A DNA stretch of 41,953 nt, from NCBI RefSeq assembly GCF_001194135.2, contig NC_068983.1, positions 109,044,554 to 109,086,506 of the forward strand, in the 5' to 3' direction. A program made the position numbers and the translations under genes. This document shows positions 1-10,451 of the stretch, one piece after another; the stretch's first letter is position 1; each line of letters begins with the position of its first letter. The stretch comes from Octopus bimaculoides (Eukaryota). The notes under the pieces were generated by a model that ran no database searches, was not told where the DNA came from, and saw nothing but the letters and a program-made list of their open reading frames with translations.

Positions 1-136
1 TATTATGTTGCCGTGGGCTCGAACTCTGCAAGAAGTTAAAATTTTTTTTGACTAAAACACAACTGGAACCCTAAGTAAGGCATCTGTAAAATTTGAATGA
101 AATTGGTTGCGTAGTTCTCGAGTTTTAGGGATTCAC

Positions 137-207
<71 letters not shown>

Positions 208-233
208 CACATTCTCATTTTTATATATAGAGA
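1..233 (-). mobile_element. Helitron-like non-autonomous element, 5' end (runs off the window start)
   Basis: Minus strand reads A|TCTCTATATATAAAAATGAGAATGTGTGTCTGTCTG: a TC 5' end after a host A, then a (TGTC)n tract and ...GAATCCCTAAAACTCGAGAACTACGCAACCAATTTCATTCAAATTT. This matches the layout of invertebrate microsatellite-carrying Helitrons (Lep1-like, recalled). The 3' CTRR end is not in the window. Confidence 0.55.
138..205 (+). repeat. (CAGA)17 microsatellite inside the Helitron-like end
   Basis: Perfect 4-bp tandem array read directly. Confidence 0.97.
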
Positions 234-861
234 TTGTTTAAAATATCATGCTGAATATCAGCAGCAAAACCTTCAAGCTACTCAAGCACTTTATAATGAA
301 TCTTTTCCAAGTCCCAATAGGCACCTGTAACTGAATGAGGCTTGAACTGATGCTGACTAGGTAGACAAGTACATTTTACACTTGACATTTAATTCACAGT
401 TGACATTTGATTTACACTTTCACTTACTGTCCCACTGTCCTGTAGAGCAATTAGAGTATGAAGACTTGAACTTTAAACAATTCTTTCAGTTGCCAATTGG
501 AGATTATTTCTGGTAGGAACAGATTAACTCTATTCAGTTAATAAAAGAGCTCAGTTTGATAATTTGAGGATGCTACCATGTATGAAAGGCACTAGAAGTG
601 AGTCAGAAGGTATAATCACTCAGAAATTGTGACTATAACAACCAGGATGAAGAAGTGGTGGTGAGTGAAATGTGTAATTTTTTTATTTTAGCCAAGTTTC
701 TTCCTCTATGACTGAGCCCATTTGTAATGCTTTCATATGAGTAGTCGAAGGGAAGAGCAAAGAGCGAAAGAAAAAGGAGAGAGAAAAAGAGGGTAAGGTG
801 AAGAGCAAGAGAGAAAGGGAGAGTGCTGTTTATTAAGTCTATAAGATTATGCATGAAGTAT

Positions 862-1254
862 TTTGTTGTTGTTGTTGGCACTCCGTTGCTTACGACATCA
901 AGGGTTCCAGTTGATCGGATCAACGGAACAGACTGCTCGTGAAATTAACATGCAAGTGGCTGAGCACTCCACAGACACGTGTACCTTTAACGTAGTTCTC
1001 GGGGAGATTCAGCGTGACACAGTGTGACAAGGCTGACCCTTTGAATTACAGGCACAACAGAAACAGGAAGAAAGAGTCAGAGAAAGTTGTGGCGAAAGAG
1101 TAGAGCAGGGTTCGCCACCATCCCCTGTCGGAGCCTTGTGGAGCTTTAGGTGTTTTCGCTCAATAAACTCTCACAACGGCCAGTCTGGGAATTGAAACCG
1201 CGATCCTATGACAGCGAGTCCGCTGCCCTAACCACTGAGCCATTGTGCCTCCAC
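862..1254 (-). mobile_element. tRNA-derived SINE, family A (full length, CAA tail)
   Basis: Reverse complement aligns end to end with 12084-12471 and 35020-35388. tRNA-like head with A and B boxes; (CAA)n tail at 863-876; TSD GCATGAAGTAT (851-861) / GCATAAAGTAT (1255-1265), 10/11 match. Confidence 0.93.
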
Positions 1255-1989
1255 GCATAAAGTATATAAAGTGCATTAAGTAATCCTTGTATTCCGATTT
1301 CCTTCACTTTTCAATGATTAGCAGATGAACAACTATCTTTTGATACAGACACAACACAGGCTACACTTTCAGGTTTTTTGGATAAAGTTTAAAAAAAATA
1401 ACCCATTAATTCTGTGGAATATTTACATGTTCCTTCCTGCTAGTTCTAATAATATTACATCTCATTTCTATGCTCACATGGGCTGAAGGAACTGTCAAGG
1501 CCTAGCTCAGTACTTATTTGGAGACACCAACCTCCTAGCCATGTTGGAGGACCATGTGATGCTCATACCTTCTATTTATGACTGGATGCCCTACTGGGTT
1601 CATAATCAGTACTAAATGCACAGATTAAAATACTTAATATTACAGTCTGTTAGTAATGATATATCAATACTTTAAGTTTCTAACTTAAGAATCCAAGATT
1701 ATCCTCAGTCAAGTAAAAACATAACTTTTATATGCATCTGTGCGTGTGTGCGTGCGTGTGTGCATGTGTGTGTGCATGCATGCATGCATGTGCACTAGAT
1801 CACTTAAGAGTGCTACTGGTAAAGTAACCCAATGCAATTTGCTGTATGAATCATCAGTGACTAAAATGGCAACCTCACCAAGCTTGCTTGGTGTTGAGTG
1901 TGATAGGGACATGTAGGTTGGAAAACCAGACCTCTTAAAGAGCATATTTTAGGGAAGTCAATGGACATCCAATAATATATACTCATGAA

Positions 1990-1992
<3 letters not shown>

Positions 1993-2049
<57 letters not shown>
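1993..2049 (+). repeat. (TG)n microsatellite running into an assembly gap
   Basis: Direct read. Confidence 0.97.
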
Positions 2050-2550
2050 NNNNNNNNNNNNNNNNNNNNNNNNNNNNNNNNNNNNNNNNNNNNNNNNNNN
2101 NNNNNNNNNNNNNNNNNNNNNNNNNNNNNNNNNNNNNNNNNNNNNNNNNNNNNNNNNNNNNNNNNNNNNNNNNNNNNNNNNNNNNNNNNNNNNNNNNNNN
2201 NNNNNNNNNNNNNNNNNNNNNNNNNNNNNNNNNNNNNNNNNNNNNNNNNNNNNNNNNNNNNNNNNNNNNNNNNNNNNNNNNNNNNNNNNNNNNNNNNNNN
2301 NNNNNNNNNNNNNNNNNNNNNNNNNNNNNNNNNNNNNNNNNNNNNNNNNNNNNNNNNNNNNNNNNNNNNNNNNNNNNNNNNNNNNNNNNNNNNNNNNNNN
2401 NNNNNNNNNNNNNNNNNNNNNNNNNNNNNNNNNNNNNNNNNNNNNNNNNNNNNNNNNNNNNNNNNNNNNNNNNNNNNNNNNNNNNNNNNNNNNNNNNNNN
2501 NNNNNNNNNNNNNNNNNNNNNNNNNNNNNNNNNNNNNNNNNNNNNNNNNA
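2050..2550. other. Assembly gap (501 N)
   Basis: Run of N. Confidence 1.
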
Positions 2551-2640
2551 CAACGTTAAAATTCTTTGCATTTGCTTATCAGCTACCTATTATTTACTTT
2601 GCAACTACTATGTCATTGTCAAACTGACATAAACTGTCAT

Positions 2641-2925
2641 TATGTATGTATGTGTGTATGTGTGTGTATGTATGTGTGTACCTATGTATGTATGTATGTG
2701 TGTGTATTTATGTATGTATGTGTGTATGTTTGTATGTGCGTACATGTGTGTATGTATGTGTGTATGTATGTTATGAGTGTATGTGTGTGTTTGTATGCAT
2801 GCATGTGTGTATGTGTGTGTATTTATGTATGTGTGTGCTTATGTGTGTACATGTGTGTGTGTATATGTTTGTATGTACGTGTGTATATATATATGTGTGT
2901 GTATGTAATTATGTGTGTGTGTGTA
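2641..2925 (+). repeat. Compound degenerate (TATG)/(TG) microsatellite
   Basis: Direct read; source of the MCVCV-type ORFs. Confidence 0.9.
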
Positions 2926-2942
2926 TGTCTTCACCTCTGGCA

Positions 2943-3012
2943 ACATAGGTATTTCATTCATCATCCTTAAACAAACCTTATTCAGGGACTTTTTGAGTGG
3001 GATGGGCAACCT
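2943..3012 (+). mobile_element. Family E retroelement internal fragment
   Basis: CATCCTTAAACAAACCTTATTCAGGGAC-TTTTGAGTGGGATGGGC matches about 4258-4306 and 11198-11241. Confidence 0.75.
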
Positions 3013-3100
3013 GTGTGTGTGTGTGTGTATGTGTGTATGTGTGTGTGTGTATGTATGTGTGTACATGTATGTATGTATGTATGTAGGCATGCATGTATGT
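3013..3100 (+). repeat. (TG)/(TATG) compound microsatellite
   Basis: Direct read. Confidence 0.9.
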
Positions 3101-3205
3101 ACGTCATTGTTCAGTTTTATTTCAAAACTTCTTGCTCGTAGAGAAAGAGCTGGTTTCTAACCTAGATCCAAGGCTCCTCCACTGGAATTTCAACATCAAC
3201 AACAG

Positions 3206-3245
3206 TATGTATGTATGTATGTATGTATGTATGTATGTTTGTATG
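3206..3245 (+). repeat. (TATG)n microsatellite
   Basis: Direct read. Confidence 0.92.
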
Positions 3246-3530
3246 CAGGTGAGGACACATAGCCTAGTGATTAGGGTGTTGCACTCACAATTGCGAGATC
3301 ATAATTTCAATTCTTTGACCAGGTGGTGCATTGTGTTTTTCAGCAAAACTCTTCATTTCATGTTGTTCTGAGATCACTTTGGCACCAGATGTATGGTACA
3401 CCATTCATGTGTTCAGGCAACGTCAATTTGATGACGAGCTTGAGCTAATGTACAGCACATACATTTGATCAACATAAACATGTCATTTGTGCAGGTTGTT
3501 TGACAAGAGGTTGCAGAACCATCTTTTACG
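3246..3530 (+). mobile_element. Degenerate tRNA-headed SINE, family F
   Basis: Head ...CATAGCCTAGTGATTAGGGTGTTGCACTCACAATTGCGAGATCATAATTTCAATTC resembles the head at 41283-41345 (GTGTTGCACTCATGGTTGTGAGATCATGG) and a tRNA A/B-box layout. The 3' boundary is uncertain. Confidence 0.45.
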
Positions 3531-3774
3531 GACTATGGGAGTCTACGAGGAAATGATGTATAGAGGTACATGAAAACAGAGAGCTTGCTAAAGTGATTTA
3601 TACATGTGTCACTTGTGGAGGTTTTTTGAAAAAAACATAAAAAAAAACGTATTTTCTTCTTAACTTTAATATAATATTTCAAAGTATATTCAAGCAACAA
3701 ATATTTCAAAGGGAAACAATTTCAAATTACCAGTTGAATGATTGAAATATTAACCACCTCTTAATTGAATGAAG

Positions 3775-3905
3775 TAAAGGCCAGAAATTTTGAGGTGGAG
3801 GAAGGCAGAAGATTGCATCAAACTTAGTACATGACTGATATTTTGTTTTATTGACAATGAAAAACTGAAAAGCAAAGTTAACTTCAACAGGATTATAACT
3901 CAGAA
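3775..3905 (-). mobile_element. Family B SINE, degenerate fragment
   Basis: AAGGCCAGAAATTTTGAGG...AAAAGCAAAGTTAACTTCAACAGGATTATAACTCAGAA is collinear with 4001-4209. Confidence 0.55.
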
Positions 3906-4000
3906 AGTTAAAAGTTAAAAGAAATATCACATAACATTTTTGTCTAACTCTCTAATGATTCTTCTAATTCATTACTCTTCATAATAATAATAATAATAAT

Positions 4001-4209
4001 GGTTGCAAATTTTGCCACCAGGCCAGCGATTTTGAGGTAGAGGTTTAAGTCAATTACATCGACTCTAGTGCTCAACTCATTTTATCGACCCTGAAAGGAT
4101 GAAAGGCAAAGTCAACCCCAGCAGAATTTGAACTCAGAATGTAAGGTTGGATGAAATGCTGCTAGGCATTTAACCTGGCATGTTAACGCTTCTGCCAGCT
4201 CGCTGCCTT
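4001..4209 (-). mobile_element. Family B SINE, (TAA)n on both flanks
   Basis: Core TTTATCGACCCTGAAAGGATGAAAGGCAAAGTCAAC is shared with 7348, 10208, 10750, 14649 and 33920. (TAA)n at 3981-4000 and 4215-4236. The core resembles a conserved domain of widespread metazoan SINEs (recalled; superfamily not assigned). Confidence 0.9.
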
Positions 4210-4241
4210 GCTTTTAATAATAATAATAATAATAATGTAAT

Positions 4242-4520
4242 CATGGGTGTTTTGTTCAACATCCTTAAACAAACCTTATTCAGGGACCTTTTGAGTGGGA
4301 TGGGCTACTCGACCTGAAGAAAATTCTAACTGGGCCCCACCTGTGAGGTCATGCACTGTTTATCTTGATATGAGATCACCATGTCGTGCTCATGTGGTTG
4401 TGATGCATGTGCCTGGTGTACCCTTATCAGACGGGTAGTCATGATGGGTATACTGGGCTTCGTATATTTTACCCCAGTGTCACTTTGATGGTATGCACTG
4501 CTCTCTCACTCAATAATAAT
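4242..4520 (+). mobile_element. Family E: 5'-truncated retroelement 3' segment with (TAA)n tail
   Basis: Collinear with about 11181-11460 (roughly 80% by eye); ends CTCTCACTCAATAATAATAAT. Parent family not identifiable here. Confidence 0.8.
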
Positions 4521-4529
4521 AATGATAAT

Positions 4530-4715
4530 TTTTCTAATTTAGGCACACAACGAGCACTTTTAAAGGGAGAGTTTTGATGACACCATCCACTCCAGTGCTT
4601 GACTAGTATTTATTTTTTTTAATTTGAAAGAATGAAGGCAAAGTTTACAACAGGAGGATGTGAATTCATAATGTCGATCCTCGAAGTATTTTAAATCACA
4701 CTTCAGTGATTCTGC
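4530..4715 (-). mobile_element. Family B SINE, degenerate
   Basis: AGGCACA...GACTAGTATTTATT...GAAAGAATGAAGGCAAAGTT is collinear with the family B core. Confidence 0.55.
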
Positions 4716-4742
4716 TGATTACCACAATAATAAAAATGATAA

Positions 4743-4900
4743 TGATTTCAATTTTTGGCGTAAGGCCAGCAATTTTGTGGGTGGAGTTAAGTTGATTACA
4801 TCAACCCCAATACTCAACTGATACTTAATTTTATTGATCCCGAAAGGATGGAAAGAAAAGTCATCTCTGTACAACCTAAACTCAGAACTCAGACGAAATA
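4743..4900 (-). mobile_element. Family B SINE, 5'-shortened
   Basis: TAAGGCCAGCAATTTT...TTATTGATCCCGAAAGGATGGAAAG...CTCAGAACTCAGACGAAATA. Confidence 0.8.
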
Positions 4901-6619
4901 TGTTTGTATTCAGTTGTTTCAGTTATGCCCACCTCACAACCTCTTCTGCCCTACTCACAAGACAGAGCAAAACTACCTGCCCTTCCTGATCAAAAGTAAG
5001 ACAGCAGGGTGATAACTATTAGCATAATGATGATAATTATGGCAATGGATCAATTTATATTATAATAGTAATAGGAAATTAACAGATATTTTAAGCATAC
5101 TTTTCAGAAATTCTTGTACTATGGATACTACTACTCACAGGCTGAAGGTAAATAATACAAAGATTGAACAAATACAGTCTACTATACTGCTTCTCATCTT
5201 ATGAATAAATTATAACTTTAATTGAAATCAATATGCTAAATCTAATTAAGACATAGATCTCAAAATATATATTTATCATACAAAACAGAAAGAAGTAAAA
5301 TATTTCATTTATTCTAAACATATTGATATTTCTCTTACATGTTTTAGCTGCATATCTAAATTATGATATTCTCACACAAATAGAAGATGATACTAAACTA
5401 TAGTGGAAAGCAACTGTAAATTGGAAAAAAATATTAACAATATTAAAATAGTGACATCGAGCTACTGATGACAATGTCTGGTTTGTTGATTTGCCTCCTT
5501 ATCCATTTATGATTTTATGGACAATTAGTTATAAAAAAATATATGATAAAATATTTAAGCACAACTGACTTATCATTAGACAGAGTAGAAATATTTCAAA
5601 TGTTGAGATCCACATGTCAGAAAAAAAAAAAAAAAAAGTACTGTTAAAAAGTTATGGAATGAGTTAAGTAAATTTGCATTATGAATAATAGGGAATAAAT
5701 TATCTTGAAATGATACTAAAAAGTAATCTTGTAAATACATATGCAAATTGTGCATCTCCGCTTGGAAGCAGAGCTATATGTGTGACTCTCCTTTATTAAT
5801 AATGGAAGTTGTTGTTTGGTTCTAAGTCAACCATGATAGAGCAGGTCTATGATCAAAGGCATTCCAGCTATGGCCACCGTGTATGAAACTGTTTGCCTTT
5901 GATGTTCTGTGTGTCTTTTTTTTCATCACTCTATCAATTACCGTTACCTAAATTACATGTTTTTGTACAAAATTATTTTGAGCACTTAAATAAAACTTCC
6001 ATGTTTGTTTGCTTTAATTATATCAGTATGTTTATTTATCTCCTGTGAAAAAATCATTCAGTTTTTGGTATTCAAGATGTTGTCATTCATAATAACAACT
6101 ATATATATTCTTGTTTTAGAAAACCAGAGTAAACATAGCAAATGCAACTCTTTGAAAATAGAATATTGACTAAATTTCCCCATAGAAAAGGACTTTTTTT
6201 CATCAGTGCTTGTATTTCATGCTATTTTCAATGCTGTTTATAACATTATCAAAACATACATCCTGTATTTTACTTTCCTTGTTTGAAAAAAAAAAAAAAA
6301 AACTATTTTGGAGAAATATTTATGCCTATAAGTGATGCTGAAAACTGTTGATTTAATAATAGCTGGTTTTATTTCATTAGAAATTTATCTTTAATTATTT
6401 TTATAAGTAAAAAATTCTATATTGCTGATTGCCTAAATATTTCTAATTAAGGCTTCTAATGACAGTACACCTATATTAATACTTCATTTGACATATATAT
6501 AGAAGAATGTTCTGTGGCAGAAATACATTTAAAATATCTTTTTTAAAGAATGCAGCCAGAGTTATTCCCCTTTATTGAACTTGAATTTAGATTTTTAAAC
6601 CTCAGTTATAAAAAAACAC

Positions 6620-6989
6620 CGCGTATTCGTATATTATTAACGGAAAATATACCTCACTAGTAATTTTATGAGTTCTTATCAAATTTTAGTTTTTCAGGCA
6701 ACTAATCATTATTTTTTACGAAATAATCTGAGATGCATGACAAATTATTTCAGTCTTACATACAAGCATTATGAACGTCGAGAGTGGGAAACAACTCAGC
6801 TGAAACTGACCAGAACCGATTGTAACTGAAATCATCAACAACCAGACTAACTCACTTTAAAACATCTACAAGCTATCTCATTCTTGTACGTCATTTAAAC
6901 AGCTGTCAGCACTTTTGAAACCGAAGAGGCTTTGGGTGTCACCCAGACTCGTGGAATGTAGCCATAAAAAATAAAAGTTCTCTGTAAGT
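6620..6989. promoter_or_regulatory. Isolated CpG cluster; candidate promoter / first exon
   Basis: 11 CpG counted in 6620-6951 versus 0 in 6001-6600 and 0 in 6961-7320; no repeat recognised. TCAGTY Inr-like motifs (plus 6602 and 6750; minus near 6805 and 6825) and a plus-strand GTAAGT donor at 6984-6989. Function is inferred. Confidence 0.4.
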
Positions 6990-7347
6990 ATTCATGTATG
7001 ATGGTAACAAGGTGACTGTCCCATGGGGCCTCTCTGTCTGTCTGTCTGTCTCTCTCTCCCTATACTAAAAGTATTGGGTATACTTAAAATTCTCAGGAAA
7101 ACAGCATAGGTTATGGACATTTAAGTTTCAGGTTTCCTGTTCACTGATAGTTTCTACTTCATAGAAAATTTTCTTTGGTTTTTTTCCCCCAAGAGAAAAA
7201 GGACAATTCACAATTAAAAAAAGAATGAATTATTTAAATGTACTTAATTTTTAACTTGAATTCTTAAAATGTTCTAAGAGAACTATATTACTAGAGCAGT
7301 AGAAGAATTTTTTGAGATGATAATAGATTTAATAATAATAATAATAA

Positions 7348-7561
7348 TCTTTTCTACTATAGGCACAAGACCTGGAATTTGTGGGGAGGGGGATAGTCGA
7401 TTACATCAACCTTGGCACTTGACTGGTACTTAATTTATCAACCCCGAAAGGATGAAAGGCAAAGATAACCTTACCAGAATTCGAACTCAGAACATAAAGA
7501 TGAATGAAATGCTGTTAATTATTTTGCCCAGTGTGTTAACTATTCTTCCAACTTGCTACCT
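7348..7561 (-). mobile_element. Family B SINE, (TAA)n on both flanks
   Basis: Family B core at about 7435-7470; (TAA)n at 7330-7347 and about 7571-7592. Confidence 0.9.
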
Positions 7562-7714
7562 ATAACAATTATAATAATAATAATAATAATAACAACTAGT
7601 AGTATCCATGGAAATACCACAGTTATTTTGAAAATTGTATGCTGAAATAGTATATTTTTCTGAAATATTTGAATATTGAGATGTCAAAAACCACATAGGC
7701 AGTATTGAAAGGGC

Positions 7715-7775
7715 AATCAGTCAATCAATCAATCAATCAATCAATCAGTCTGCCTGTCTGTTTGTTTGTCTGTCT
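7715..7775 (+). repeat. (TCAA)n followed by degenerate (TCTG/TTTG)n
   Basis: Direct read. Confidence 0.85.
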
Positions 7776-8002
7776 ACCATATTCTACTTACATTTCTGCT
7801 GATGTATGTATCTGTCAACTCTAATAATAAGGATAAACATTGAAACCAAATAACTGAAAAAAAAATAAATAAATAAATAAACAAAAAACTTAAACAATTG
7901 CACTGCCCCTACATGGCTTCAGCTTTTGGGTTGCTACACATAAAACAGTAAAAGTAACATTCACAGCTACTTGCTAAGGTTATTTCACTTTGATTTAACT
8001 AT

Positions 8003-8388
8003 GGATGCAGGAGTGGGTGTGTAGTAAGTAGCTTGCTTACCAGCCACATGGTTTCGGGTTCAGTCCCACTGCGTGGCACCTTGGGCAGGTGTCTTCTACT
8101 ATAACCTTGGGCCGACCAAAGTCTTGTGAGTGGATTTGGTAGATGGAAACTGAAAGAAGCCTGTCGTATATATATATATGTATGTATATGTTTGTGTGTT
8201 TGTCCCTACCGCCATCGTTTGATAACTGATGTTGGTGTGTTTATGTCCCCGTAACTTAGCGGTTCGGCAAAAGAGATTGATAGAAGAAGTACTAGGCTTA
8301 CAAATAAAATGTCCTGGGGTCGATTTGTTTGACTAAAGGCGCTGCTCCAGCATGGCCGCAGTCAAATGACTGAAACAAAATAAAAGAA
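8003..8388 (+). mobile_element. Family C tRNA-derived SINE with internal (TA/TG) microsatellite
   Basis: Collinear with 40103-40505. A/B-box head (GGTTTCGGGTTCAGTCCC); ACCTTGGGCAGGTGTCTT resembles the CORE-SINE domain (recalled). Confidence 0.9.
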
Positions 8389-9242
8389 TGTGTTGATATC
8401 TCCTGCCACCTGTCTTTTTATCTTCTATCTCTCAATGAATCTATCTATCCACATAGATACTGTTAGGAAATTATAAAAATGATAAAAACGTTGTATCATA
8501 TAATGTTAAGTTAAACAGGTAAACAGCTAGTTTTTCTTGCTGCACTGTAAGGTCAGGGTCAAGTCCATTGTCAAAATGTGAGAAGCTAGGTATTATTAGC
8601 CAAACTGTGAAACTCTAACAAAATGGCTAGACCTTAGCAAACCTTTAATAAGCAGAAATAATTGTACCCCCCAGTTTTTTGTGACAGTTTTTTTCTGTGA
8701 GACAAAGTTGTTCAATTGGATTCTGGAAGCTATGATTGCCTGTTTAGTTTATGCACTTTGTGCTTTGTGTTAGGCTTTTATGGATTTATTTTATGCTCCA
8801 GGAATTCGCCAGAACTTTTGTCAAATTTGAAATAATTTCTGTGTCACATCTGGGTGAGTACAAAAATCTCTTAGGTTATGTTATTGTAATATTTATGTGA
8901 ATTTTGAACCCTGCATTTGTGGCAGGTTGTGTAGTAATTTTGTTTGCTATTTCCTGTTAAGAAAAATTATGAAAAATTTGTATAAATAGCTAGAGGATGT
9001 TTTAATTTAATTTTTCATGTAGCCAATTTTTTGTATTAGATAACTAACTGTAAATTTTGTCTAATGGTTACTCAGCATGCTTGTATGAAGCAGTTTTGTG
9101 TGAATTTAAAGTAAACTAGATTTTTTGTTTGACTATTTGATTTTTTAAACTATAATTATTGATGTAGTCTGGCAGCCGTTTTGTGTCATGAACTTTTAAG
9201 TTTAAATGGTTGCTTTGACATTAGATTTATCTATATTTAGGT

Positions 9243-9443
9243 CCAAGGCTCGAAATCCAAAATTCGAAAACCAAATTTGTGAAGCCCGATTTTATGAATC
9301 CAAATTTTCAGAATCCATATATTTTGAAAGCCAAATTTGTGAGGCTAATTTTGGGTGAAACCAAATTTGTGAATCCAGAGTTACAAATCCAAGTTTGTGA
9401 AATCAAGTTGGTGATGCCGGGTTTCTGAGTCTGAATTTCTGAA
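9243..9443 (+). repeat. Degenerate 14-16 bp tandem array, consensus CCAAATTTGTGAAT (about 14 units)
   Basis: Units read directly, e.g. CCAAAATTCGAAAA, CCAAATTTGTGAAG, CCAAATTTGTGAAT, CCAAGTTTGTGAAA. Confidence 0.8.
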
Positions 9444-9574
9444 CTATATATATTTTACCTTTATAAATATTTTTATTGCATGTTTAGTGTAGCATTAATT
9501 CATTTTTGTTCGTATATATTTATTTTGTATGTAGGCCATTTGTGTATGCTGCCCCTTAATAATGTTTTAAAAAA

Positions 9575-10210
9575 AAACTTCATGGTCATATTTACTCTGG
9601 TTGATTCTGTGGAAGTGGACAGCAGCCTTTTGTCAGAGGTCTCACAGGGTCACTTTCTACAAATTATAAGATTTAGTACTTGGATTTTAAGTATCGTGGA
9701 AGTTAGTCAACATCCAAGCACCAATCTCAAAATCCTTGCTGTCTCCAGTAGAGCAGTTTTGGGAGCATGCTCTTCCCCACTGTCAATACCAGTTTCTCTG
9801 ACATATTTCTTAAACTTTGTTGTTAGTGCTCCAAATGCCCCTTGGGATAACAGTTACTCTCCTCATTGCCCACATTCTTGCAATTTCATCTTTTAGTAAT
9901 TTGTGTTTTTCCTTTTTTACCAGACCTTTGTCACCTACATGCGCATCCCTAGCTATAACAATATCTATGATTTTAGTTTCCTTTTTCCAAATCCAACAAT
10001 ATCAATTAGGGAATCACATTGGATTGTAAAATCTTACAGGATCGTATATTCCTTGTTCTCAGTGATACCCACTGGTACATGTTCATATCATTTCCGTGTT
10101 CTCCATGGGCCATACATTTCCCACAATCTCCAGCGAACAAACTTAGCCAGCTTATCATGCCTCCTGTTGTAGTGCTTTTGGACCAGTTTGTTACACTCAC
10201 TCACAACATG
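9575..10210 (-). mobile_element. R4/Dong-type non-LTR retrotransposon 3' fragment (zinc-knuckle end plus REL endonuclease), decayed
   Basis: Manual minus-strand translation: HVVSECNKLVQKHYNRRHDKLAKFVRWRLW..*YEHVP..ENKEYTIL*DFTIQCD..IDIV..KIIDIV..KDEIARMWAMRRVTVIP / GAFGALTTKFKKYV..KTALLETARILRLVLGC*. This has the RHD, WDF-x-IQ-x-D, PD..D-x-K region and C-terminal motif of R2-superfamily R4/Dong proteins, with stops and deletions. Confidence 0.88.
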
Positions 10211-10420
10211 GCAGAATTGTTAACACACTAGACAAAATGCTTAGTGGCATTTCATCTGTCTTTACATTCTGAGTTCAAATTCCACTGAAGTTGACTTTGC
10301 CTTTCATCCTTTCAGGGGTCAATAAAATAAGCACCAGTTGAACACTAGAGTTGATGCTATCAACTTACCTCCTCCCTCAAACTTGCTGGCCTTGCGCCAA
10401 CTTTTGAAATCATTATTATT
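10208..10420 (+). mobile_element. Family B SINE (plus strand, ATT tail)
   Basis: TGGCAGAATTGTTAACAC...GTTGACTTTGCCTTTCATCCTTTCAGGGGTCAATAAAATAAGCACC...TTTGAAATCATTATTATT; reverse complement of 10750-10965. Confidence 0.88.
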
Positions 10421-10451
10421 GTTCATTATTTACAATAACAACAAACAAGAT

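Noticed and set aside
240-330. Possible further REL-domain remnant or exon on the minus strand (..GAYWDLEKIHYKVLE*..)
   Set aside because: Too short and ambiguous to support.
36-3371. Track ORFs with MCVCV / HTHT / X runs
   Set aside because: Translations of microsatellites or of the N gap; not genes.
5135-5150. Microexon-like motifs on both strands (CAG|GCTGAAG|GTAAAT; minus CAG|CCT|GTGAGT)
   Set aside because: Cannot be distinguished from chance without junction reads.
9243-9443. CRISPR-like repeat array
   Set aside because: Units are contiguous and degenerate with no unique spacers, the context is eukaryotic, and there are no cas genes.
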